The notes under the pieces are model-generated. The model saw only the letters and a list, made by a program, of their open reading frames with translations. It was not told the origin of the DNA and did not search any database. Positions 1 through 11,311 of a stretch of 64,000 nt of DNA are shown here, one piece after another. The translations under genes and the position numbers were made by a program. Position 1 is the stretch's first letter; every line of letters begins with the position of its first letter. Source of the stretch: Gordius albopunctatus (Eukaryota); NCBI GenBank assembly GCA_964276515.1, contig OZ193909.1, positions 14,632,001-14,696,000 of the forward strand, in the 5' to 3' direction.

Positions 1-112
1 AAAATGAACATTTTTTGAAATTTTAGCCGTAATTTTAATAAATTTAAACAACTTTTTGGATTTATGGGGGGGGGGGCATCCGTCCCTATTTGCCCCCTTG
101 GCTATACCCATG
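1..112. mobile_element. hAT-type MITE, family A (TIR CATGGGCGTAGCCAG), truncated by the window edge
   Basis: Ends in ...TGGCTATACCCATG. The internal sequence matches the copies at 25479 and 29306. Confidence 0.75.
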
Positions 113-1391
113 AATGCGTATAATATGAAGCGTGGCAATTCAACGTATTTTTATGAAAATAATTGTAAGACTTTAGTTTCTAGATACAATTAGGAATTCA
201 CTCAATCTCAACAACTTTGCTACAATATTAAATGTTTCATTATATAGCCACCTTCAAAACGCGCATTTAAACCAAAAATTTGAAACAAAATTAATAATAT
301 TAATGCACACAATAATAAACTTCATAATTTTTTAAATACCATTTCTAAATAAAATTTCTAAGCTGAAAATCTTTGTAAAAGAGCTTTTTTGAACAAATCC
401 ATTTTTATACTAATTTAGGCAAATAGTTAAATTACTTCAAGCAATGTTTTATTAAAGGCTTAACAAAAATTATCTGTACAGAACTTTGTGTATTTTGGAC
501 TTATAGTTCATGAGATACAAGGCATTGACTCATATAGACCCAGTAAACGCAGTATAATAAAATTATTTTTTGTTTTTCAAAATATGTTTTTGTTTAAGTT
601 AAATCTGATTCGTGAAGGAATAATTTGACTCATTAGTTAAAAAAATTTTTTAGTCAAACATCAAATTGTTATTGTACTAACCCCTAATCAAAAGTTGTGA
701 TTTTTTTAACCAATTTCTATTGCTTTACTATATATATTCTCATTTTTTCTATTAAACGGTTCTAAAATGTAAACTTATGGTTGAAATATAGACTTTATGG
801 GCTCAAATTAAGCACTTAGATTGCAAATTTTTAATGTAACCTTATAATTTTAAAATTGCAACGAGTTAAACCTTTGGGTCATATTCATCCGTAAAACCAA
901 CCGAGGTGGTAAAAAATGAAGATTAACTAAGCCAATACCGTGAAAAACGCTAGGATATATAGCTTTAAATTACGTATAGTGAATAGACCGAAAAAATATA
1001 TTTCGACAGAAAACATGCTATTTCTCCAAAATCATACAAATCGTAACATAAAATTAAACCGCACAAAGTCTTTTAAAATAATGATTTTGCACTTGAAACA
1101 ATGCTTTTTTACCAACTTATTCAAATTTAAAATTCATATCATTTCTAATGCCAAAGCAAAAATTTTTCTTACAAAAAAATGTCTTTGGAGAAAATTTAAT
1201 ATTTTATATATTAATTTCCCCGAAAATAACTAAATAAAAAAAGGTCTTTAATTATACGATAGTAAAAATTAGCCTTTTTCGGCCGGAAACACAGGTATTA
1301 GGTGACCTTAAAAATAGTGTATTGGTATCAAACATTTCTTGAAATTTTTCAGGCCACACCATGTGTGAAAGGCACTAACACTATAGTATAC

Positions 1392-3098
1392 CTCGACAAC
1401 AGATGGTTCTAAGGTCGGGATCTAGGCCTCCCTGAATTATGGCGAATAAGCTTTGTTCGTTAGGCTTTTGATGAGCTGTTATGCAACGGTCCAACCAACG
1501 TATGGACCTGAGGGAAAAAACAATTTATGTACATTGACGGCTAATAGAAGAAAAAGCTACAAAAGGCAAAACAACAAAATTTGACTTTAAAATTTTACAA
1601 TTTCTTTGTCTGAACAACCAATGCAGGCCAATTTGTTAATTTCTAGGGTTAAGCATAGCCCTCTTTATTTTAAAAAGTCTAGGTTTGCAAAATATTGTCT
1701 TTTAAGAATATTCTTATAAAGTTTATATTGTAGGCAGGGTATGGCATATTAAATTTGTTTAAGTTAGGTGTAATCATCACCCAAATTATCTTGCATCAAG
1801 TTTCATGTTATGGCAGCAAAATCTAATGGTTTCTTTCATTGGGAGTATGAATACTTTAAAGAAATAAAGCTATTAATCCTGATGGAAAGATGTTAAAGCA
1901 AAGCACATAAGACAATATTAAAAATCTGAAATTTAAAAAATAAATGGCTATTATAAAATAAGATATTAAACCATGAAATAAAACCCTAAGTTAAAGGCCC
2001 CTTAATTTGTTTAAAGTTAAAAAAAATTAGGATATCTAAAGATCAAAAATTATAATATATTTATAGGGACAATGATATAGAAAAAGTGTTGTGTTTAATT
2101 CAATAAAAATTTACCTTTGCATAGCCTCTTCTACCCTAGGTCCAGTTGAGACACTGGGAATCACATCATCTAGTTGCATTATGATATCAGCACCTAATGA
2201 GTTTTGTATTTGTATGGAATGCTCAGGAGAAAGGAAGCACATTTTGCTAATGCAGAAAAAACATGTCACAAGATTTTAATATATTGATCTTTAATAATCT
2301 AAGATGGTACATTGCCTAGCTAAATAATATTATACTGTTTAAAATTAGGAACATCGCTGATTGATTTTGATTTACATAGGTTCTGATTTTTATACAAATT
2401 AAAACATTTTGAATAGCAGATATGTACTGAAAGCTTTAATATATAATATCATTTAAGCAATATAAGATTAGATTATGCATAATTTGTTAAATAATTTTAA
2501 AATAAATTAAAGCATTAATAAAAATGCAGGTTCAAAAGTATATAGAATTTCAAAACATGGCAATCTCAACAAGAAAATTGTTATATTCTTTGAAATTAAA
2601 AATATTACTCTGAATTGTAGGGACTTACAAAGTTGACCCCCTCTTCGGAGACATTAGCAAACTGAGATAAAGATACCATTTGAAATCCACCACTGTCCTT
2701 TTAGACATATTGAAATTTAATATGCATTTGTTATGTTTATAGGGTAACATAAATATATATCTTATAACAAAAAACTACTCTTACTGTAAGGTATGATCGC
2801 TTCCAATTAGAAAATTTATGCAGCCCACCAAATTTTTCAATTATCTCATGACCCTAATTTTAGTAAAACAATTCGATTCTTTATATAATACCGGTCGTTG
2901 AGAGAGATGATATGTGTTTGCTAAAATTAGATTATATCCAAGATTTTCAATTTGTTCAGGCAAAATGCCTTTCAAAGTGCCATTCGTACCTACTGGCATA
3001 AACGCTGGTAATAAGACTGATGAGTGTGGGAGATGCAACACAGCAGCACGCGCTTTACTGGTCGAGCATTTAGCGATTACTTCAAAATTAAGAGCCAT
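1392..3098 (-). CDS. QTRT1: Queuine tRNA-ribosyltransferase catalytic subunit 1 (eukaryotic TGT), 5' part; remaining exons probably left of the window
   Basis: GT-AG exons spliced by hand, in frame: 3098-2892, 2853-2785, 2697-2609, 2246-2115, 1507-1392. Translation contains [56 protein letters not shown] and [10 protein letters not shown], all typical TGT motifs. Confidence 0.96.
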
Positions 3099-3374
3099 GC
3101 TTGTTTTACATTTATGATGACAATTTGTTCCATTGTTTGTATTTTAGTCGCATAATTAAAGTGAGTGGTTAAATATTATTATATGAGTTTACTATGAAGT
3201 GAGCCTATTATAAACAATTCCTTTGCGATTTATAGACTCATAAATGTCAATATTTTAACCAAAATTTTAAACCAAATCTCCGTTTGTCTTGAATATAATT
3301 CTATGCTAAACCCCTAAATTGTACTCTATACTGAAAATAATTTTGATATATACCATATGTTGAACATTAAGGGT

Positions 3375-3880
3375 CATGGGCGTAGCCATGTTTTGGATTA
3401 GGAGGGGGGGGGCAAAGAATAGGGGTCAAAGTAGCACATCATGAAAAAAAGTAGCACAAATGAGCGAAAATTAAAGAAGTATTTAGATAAAGATAAATTT
3501 ATCAGCACTTTAAAATACCATTACAAAAACAATGGGAGGAGTGAGACTTATATTTAAATGTTAACACCTAATTATTTATATACTTTTAAATTTATAATTG
3601 AATTTTATTTTATGTATATCAATGATTTATATGGACAACATAAAACAATAAAAACTTTCCATATAATATATATAAAACATTAGGATAATCAAAAAACAAA
3701 TTCATAGATATAATCTTACTATTACTGCTTATAATTTTACAATATTAAAAACAAATATCAGATTTTGAGGAATTCTGATGAGTTTTGATGAAATGTGACG
3801 AAATTCGACGCTATTTCTGTGCTACTTTGACCGGTTCCCAAAAAAAATTCATCATTCAAGGGGGGGGGGGATTTTAAGGG
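3375..3880. mobile_element. Family A-related hAT MITE, right end degraded
   Basis: Starts CATGGGCGTAGCCA followed by a G-run. Contains an internal inverted motif GGTCAAAGTAGCACA / TGTGCTACTTTGACC. Confidence 0.55.
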
Positions 3881-4186
3881 ATTCACTTATACCTGCTCTG
3901 GTTATAAAGTCAAACAGGTGACAATATCATATATTTGTAAAAAATCTAATTAGTAAAACTTTATTTAATTTTAAAATACTTTAATAGATGACTTATTTAT
4001 AACATCTATAAAATATAAAAAATATAAAAATACACCTGTATAAAATATTCATAAAACCAAATTTTAATCGCAATAATTGAATTGCTTTAATTAAAGCGGT
4101 CCACGTTGTTATCTAGAATAAAAAATAGAAAATTTACCTTTCAATAAGCATGTTGCATCCATAATATTTAATTGATTGCTCGCGCC

Positions 4187-4297
4187 ATATTACTTAACTC
4201 TACTTCGAAACTTCATTGATTCGTTTACATTAACTTAGCTTCGCGACGTTAATTGACTCATTTACATTACCTTACTACTTCGCGACGCTAATTGACC
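4187..4297. repeat. Degenerate ~37-bp tandem repeat, about 3 copies
   Basis: The unit resembling CATTACCTTACTACTTCGCGACGTTAATTGACTCATTTA is repeated with divergence. Confidence 0.65.
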
Positions 4298-5890
4298 TAT
4301 CACAAATAGCTCGCAGATTTACCACTAAATGTTAATTGTTTTAATGTATTTCAATTAATTCGCGAGTATATAAAGACGGGTAAAACACTTCTTTAGCAAT
4401 TATATTTTACGACAACTTTTCTTTTCCCTCACTTTATTATTTACTTTTAATAAAGTGTACACCCTCACAATAAGAATAATTTATAAAATATCAAAATTAC
4501 TTGGCCTTTCACTAGATTGGTAGGTGTGTATTGATATTTCAATAATTAAATGACTAATCTGTTTAATACAATCCATTAGCACGTTAAAATTCAACAATCT
4601 TTAAATTAACCAAAGAGAACAAGCCTCTATTGGGCTCTATGAGGCTTTATGGCTGTGTAAAAAACAATATAATGAATTTTAATGATGACTTTGTATAAAT
4701 TATCCGAATCGTTATCTCCGAACTTTGGGCTGAATTTTACAGAGTGTTTTTTAATTATAATAATATCTTCAGCTGTTTTATCATAAATAATATTTAAAGT
4801 GAGTGGTTAAATATTATTATATTAGTTTACTATGAAGTGAGCCTATTATAAACAATTCCTTTAATGCGGTTTGCACCTGTTTCAAACAAGTTTTCTAATC
4901 TTAACATATTTATCCTTGACTAAATTTTGGTGCAAATCATAGAGAATAGCACATAAAATAATAAAAAAAAGTTCTATTGTCTATAACAGTGTTAAGCTAA
5001 TATGTTCAAATCTTTTTCTTACCATATATTTAATCCGCCTGAAATTAAAATTGTTTTTATATTTTAGCGACATCCATATCTGAAAAATACTACCAAACAT
5101 TTTTCCATTTTTTGTTTAGAAATAGTTATGCTATAACACCTATTACTAAAATCTCACAGACTATAAGAACAAGCGCGTTGTTTGTGACACCTGTGAATTA
5201 AATACATATTTATACTCGAACAAAATTTAAAAAATAATAAGATTGCTCAAATATTTTGTGCTGTAATTTATAATTTTTTAGAATAAATCAGAATTATTTT
5301 GGTGTTTTCAGAACATGGTGAAGATCAAAGGTATTAAAAACTCTCGAAAGATGGGATGCATTTAAAACAGCCGAATTAATAGTAATAGACACATTTTTAT
5401 AGTAAACCTGAATTGTAGAATATTTATTTTTCTTAAGTTTAGTCTATTTAGCACTATCATATAAATATATGTAAAACGGGGTAAAATATTTTTATTTTAT
5501 TAATCATTTATTCTAAAAGAACTAATTGATAACATTGCCTTTTAGTTATATCCACAAAACTTGAGCAACCCCAAATTTTAATCAATGGCATTTGCTAGAT
5601 AAATCGTTAAACGCTTTTAATTTAATGAGAACAGCAAGATATTAATGGGGTTTTCTGCCTTTTAAATTTAATATTTAAATGTAAATTACCAAATGTTTAA
5701 TAAGATTTAAAAGAATCGAAGCAACTTGATTTTCATGTATTTTGCTATCAAAATAAGTAAATTAATTTGAATAGATGTTTATATGGGGAGACAAAGATAA
5801 AGTTTGCCAAATTGTTAAATAATCCAATGATTGTTAGAAACAGTCTTTTAGAAAATTTGTTAGTTGAAATCTCTTTTATTTATAGTCCAT

Positions 5891-8800
5891 CTTCTTCTTT
5901 CTATGACTGCTTGTCACCTAGGCTGGTGGTCAGTCCTTTCAGCATTCGTTTCCATTTGTTTCTATGTTTACATAGATCTTTCTTTATCTTGTGGACTTTC
6001 ATATCATGCCGTATTTTATAAATCCAGGTTAGCTTGGGTCTTCTTCTTCTTCATTTTCCTGCGAAATTTATCATCTCGATTTTCTTTCCTACGTAGCTAT
6101 CGTCCCTTCTTTCTACATGGCCATACCATCTTAGTCTATTTGTTAGGAGCTTTGTCGCAATTGATGTAGTACCCAAAATTCTTCTTATTTCTTCATTTCG
6201 CCTATGGTCCTTTTTGCTTACTCCTAGCACCCATCTTAGCATTCTCATCTCCATGGCTGCAAGACGTTGCTCTTCTCTTTTACGTATAGCCCATTATTCC
6301 GAGCTATACAGGACTGTTGGCTGTATGATGGATTTATACAGTCCGCCTTTTAGTTTTCTCGGGATATTTTTGTCACACAGAACACCTGTCAGGTCCCTCC
6401 ACTTGAGCCATCCGGAATTTATTCTTGCTTGGATTTCTTTATCCATTCCACCATCCGATTGAAGTGTTGATCCTAAATATTTGAAGGAATCCACACTTGT
6501 AATTTGCCAATCGCCTAAACTAAGGGATGCACTTTGCTGGTTTTCATCCGATTTAAACTTTGTCTTCATGTATTCTGTTTTCTTTCTATTTACCCTGAGA
6601 CCACTTTCTTCTATTGCATTTACCCATCTATATACAGTGTTAGCCAATTCTTGTTCGCTTTTGGCACAGAGGATTATATCGTCTGCAAAGATCATTGCCC
6701 AAGGAGCTTCCTCGCCCAAATCCTTGGTAATATTATCCATTATCATTATGAATAGGAAGGGACTAAGAGCTGAACCTTGATGAACTCCGGTGTTGATGGC
6801 AAAGCCTTTTTTAGTCCCCACCGTTGTTCTAACGTACGTTCTATTTCCCTTTTACATATCTTTTATTGCTCTGACGTATACTTTTGGCACATTGTTTTCT
6901 TCAAGACATTTCCAAACTAAATTACGAGTTACTTTATCAACAGCTTTTTCAAGATCGATGAAACACATGTGCGAATCCTCTTCCCTTTCTTTAAACCGTT
7001 CCATTGATCTTCTACACTGTTTAGGGCGTCTGCTGTAGACCTCTCCGGCATAAATCCGAATTGGTTATCTCGAATTTGAACCAAACTCCGAAGCCGTTTT
7101 TCGATCACTTTCTCCCACACCTTGAAAGTGTGGCTCATAAGCTTTATCCCTCTGTAATTGTTGCAATCCTGAATGTGCCCTTTCATCTTGTATATCGGGA
7201 TCATGTAGCTATCCCTCCACTCGTTAGGCATTACATCCGTTTTCAAGATATTGTTGAAAAGGTTGGCGAGGAATTGTGCACCAGTATTGCCTAACGCTTT
7301 GAAGCTTTCTATCGGTATATTTCGGGTCCAAGAGCTTTTCCTGACTTTAGTTTACTCATAGCAACTTTCACTTCCGTTTCCGTGATCCAGTCCGCTGTGT
7401 TTAATTCTCCTATTGTATTTTCCTGGTTAGTGTCTTTGACTACAGGCCCCTTTTCAATTGATAAATCGCTATAATAGTCGTACAATCTTTGTAGTATATG
7501 GCTGTCGTGTGTTAGTATTTCTCCCTTTTGACCCTTAATTAGCCGGCATTCTAGGTAATCTTTAGAATTTCGGGCCCTTGACTTAGCGATTTTGTAGATC
7601 AATCTTTCTCCTTCCTTTGAGTTTAGTTTTACATTTATATCGTCGTACACCTTGTTTTTAGCTTTCGCAACGAATCTTTTTGCCGATCTTTTAGCTACTT
7701 GGTAAGTTTGCTTATCATTACTATGCTTACTTTTATACCAAACTTTGTACAATCTCTTCTTTTCCTTGATACATTTTTGCACTTCTTCATTCCACCACCA
7801 CGTTTCCTTGAGAATTCCTTTAGTGGGCTTGCTTTCACCTAGTATTTGTCGTCCCGCTTTTCGTATTGTGGCAGCTATACCATTCCATTGATCCTCACAT
7901 GAAGTATTTTCCTTAAATTCAGCAAGTTTAATTACTTGTTCCTGAAAATGTTGAATATTATCCTTTAGTTTCCTCCATTGTATAGTAGCGGCTACTCTTT
8001 GAACTTTTTGCCCTTTAAGGCCCTTTAATATAAAGTCCATCACCAACAGCTTGTGTTGGCAGGCCAATATTTTACTCGGTATTACCTTAACATTTTGAGC
8101 ATACTTTAAGTGCCTCTGTTGACTAGAAAGAAATCTATCTGAGTGGTACGGCTGCCGCTTTTGTACGTTATAAGATGTTCCTGTATCTTTTTTAAGAAGG
8201 TATTTCCTATTGCTAGGTCAAAAGCTTGAGCAATTTTTAGAATTTCCGTACCTCCTTCATTTCTTAAGCCGTAACCCCGACCACCGTGATTTCTTTCAAA
8301 TCCTGCCCTTGATTTGCCCACGTGTCCATTGAGGTCCGCCCCGATAATTATTAGTCCCTCTTTACCGAATTGGGATAAAACATCTTCAAGCTCCTTCCAA
8401 AAACACTCTTTTTCCGTCTGAGAGCATCCACTTTGAGGGGCGTATGTTGATATAACGTTTATCGTAATAGATTCATAACAAAGCTGTATCGCCATAATTC
8501 TGTCATTAATTCTCTTAACGTCGGCGACAGTTTGCTGAAAATATTCCGATAGCACCATACCGACGCCATTCCGGTGAGTTTCTGTACCGTAAAAATATAA
8601 TCTGTATCCCTCCCCTATGTATTTTGCTTTTTGGCCCTTCCATTTGGTCTCTTGTATACACGCGATATCGATTTTTCTCCTCCTTAGAACGTCTGCCAAT
8701 TCTCTGTTCTTGCTAGTCATTGTACCAATATTCCATGACCCAAACTTTATCCTACCTAAACTAATGTCTATAACCGCTTCTGTTTGTTGAGAGAGCGGTA

Positions 8801-9258
8801 GCCTTCGTTTATTTCCCACACATTCCAGGCGAAGAATGCGCGCGTCGCTTAAGGGGGACGCCCTATGGTTTTCATTCTGCGTCTTTGTTCTAGTATACAT
8901 TTTGGTTTATATGGAATAAGGGAGTATTGATATCCCGGCCTTCCAAGCCTGACGGAACTATGTTAGATTTTGGCGCTTGACTACCTACTATTCTTTATGA
9001 TGCATCCATTTTGGTGAATTAAACTTTTCTTTCGACCACTCGTATTGATAGGATTAATCTAGCACTTCCATTTCACAAAGTACTCCCTCAAAAAGCCCAG
9101 AAATTTTAGTCTGACCCTTCACCAAGAACCTTGCCAATAGGGTGACCCCACCAGTAACAAACATAAAAATTGTTTTTGGCTACCAAAGGTATAGCTTCTT
9201 GGATCACGAGAGTACACAAGCTCAACCACCACTACAAGGTATTTCTGGCTCGGTTGAG
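5891..9258 (-). mobile_element. Full-length RTE-clade LINE (APE endonuclease plus reverse transcriptase), frameshifted and inactive
   Basis: ORF pieces 8900-8106 (SWNIGTM, QETKW, GADLNGHVG, TQIDF), 8067-7309, 7246-6929 (NYRGIKLMSH), 6821-6294 (GVHQGSALSP, FADD, FKYLG) and 6254-6051 (RLRWYGHV). It has an (AAG)n 3' tail and an exact 13-bp TSD ATTTATAGTCCAT at 5878-5890 and 9259-9271. Confidence 0.95.
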
Positions 9259-10690
9259 ATTTATAGTCCATAATAATTTAATAATAAAATTTATAATAAA
9301 AACCTTAGATTAAATTGGACATGCTTAGAGCTTTGTATTTACGACACAACATTAAAAATTCAATATTTTAAACTGAAATTATTTATAAGACTTATTAGTA
9401 GATAAGCTATAAATAGACTTGAACAACATTTAATAAGCAACAATTTTGCAAACATCATTTAAACTTGTTTTTAACACATCAATAATGTTTAAATCCGGAC
9501 CAATTCTTATTTCATTTATAAGGTTCAAGGGGAAATTTTAGTTATTTTAAATTAATGAAGAGAATATTAAAATGTCTTTAAAGATTAGGATACAATAAAT
9601 TTCAAAGATGGAGCTTTGCGTCAAGTACAAGACTGATTTTTTTTTCTTTTTAAAATATACATGTTATTATAATCTTAATTTAAGTTGCGAATGTTTAAGA
9701 AATATCATAAATTATTCAAACAATATTTTAAAATTTTGTCATTTGTAAAAACTCTTTAATTTTTTTAATTAATTTAATATAAATAATTAGAAGATCAGCA
9801 CGTTCGTTTTGCATGAATTACACGATCGCTACACATCAATTAACTAAAAATAATTATTATAATTGCAGCTTTGTAAGGGAGGTAGTCGAGAATTAATGCT
9901 TGGTAAAATTTTAGCATGTACCACTCATTTGTAGATCATAGCTTTATGACTCATAAAAAAGTGAGATTACTGCGGATTTAATTAAACTTAAGGCACGAGT
10001 AGCAAAATTAAGACATAAAATATTAAATAATTATATCTATAAATTATACTTTTAGTTTTATTACAAACGATAAAAATTGCGAAAGAGTAAGTCACTTTTA
10101 AACATAACACAATGCCATAAAGTATCCTATATACACTATTCTACATATATCGATCAGTATGACAAGAAGCCAGATCCCATTAATATTAATAATTAATTGT
10201 TTTACTGCTTTTTAATGAATAAAAGATCAATATGGATTGAATATATTTTCTCGTACTTAGTTTTTCTTCTGTCAAACGAAACTAAATTAAAAATTAGTTG
10301 TAGGAGCTATTTGATTTCAAAAATTTTGACATATCTTTCTTACGGATTTGTATACCATGCCTGGCTTGCTGGAAATGGAGGGCCTGATATTTTGGGCAAG
10401 TCTAGAATATTATCGTCAAGTTGGATTAAGGTTCAAAGTTGTGACATTTACGTTTTCCTTTAAGAAATTTATTAACGCTATAAAGACCCTTAAACAGCAG
10501 AAAGTATTGAGTAAACATATATTCTATGCTGACAAATTTTAATTATGAAAAACGGCTACAGTCAAAATCGCTTAAGTGAGATCACTGGGGCTCAAATTTA
10601 AAAAAGTATATCATTTAAGCACCTTTATGAGGTAAGAGCGACTCAACTGGCGTCAAAAGTCCACATTTGGCTTGTCTTTTAGGATTATTA

Positions 10691-10860
10691 GTGACCGTCA
10701 ACTTGCCAAAACCATCTCGCCGAATTTAATGTCCCTCGGTTAAAAAAAGATCCCCCATTTTGTGATTGGTTGAATGAGGGAAGATTTTAAATTAGGGGAC
10801 CTTTTTTAACCGGTAGTCATTAAATTCGGCGAGATGGTTTTCGGCGAGTTGATAGGGCAC
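10691..10860. mobile_element. Palindromic MITE of about 170 bp
   Basis: About 65-bp imperfect inverted arms: AAAACCATCTCGCCGAATTTAATG...CATTAAATTCGGCGAGATGGTTTT. Confidence 0.75.
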
Positions 10861-11311
10861 CGTATTATATCTAAATTTTTCCAAATATATACAGCACTTA
10901 GTTTTATCACACTTCGTCTTCAGAAAACATATATTTTATTGCTCCAAAATAATAAATTGAATTAAAATTTTAAGAGATTCATTTGTTAGAAATTAAGTGA
11001 TTAATTTCTTCAAATAAACTCATAATCATCAATGATTTTAATTACTAAAATAATTTAAGGGTATACTTTTTTAAGCATATATGATTTTTTATCAATGCCT
11101 GTTTGATTTGTAATAAAAATCAATGTTACTCTTTCTTAATTAATCTTAGTTCCTATTACTGCATTAGCAAAAGCAAAGGTCCTTTATACAAACCTCATTT
11201 ATCACAAATATAGATGTTATCTAAAATATTTGAATTTAGAATCGTAGGTAACATAGTTGAGGTTTTTTTTTCCTTATTTTAAATCTATTTAACAATTTTA
11301 ACCTACAGATA

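Larger units (their letters stand above)
3156..4862. repeat. 69-bp direct repeat pair (3156-3224 and 4794-4862)
   Basis: TTAAAGTGAGTGGTTAAATATTATTATAT(G/T)AGTTTACTATGAAGTGAGCCTATTATAAACAATTCCTTT occurs twice with one mismatch. Confidence 0.9.

Noticed and set aside
1392..3098. Bacterial tgt or horizontal transfer
   Set aside because: The gene has spliceosomal introns and eukaryotic QTRT1-type motifs.
5767..7294. Several + strand ORFs of 73-101 aa
   Set aside because: They are antisense shadows of the minus-strand RTE coding region.
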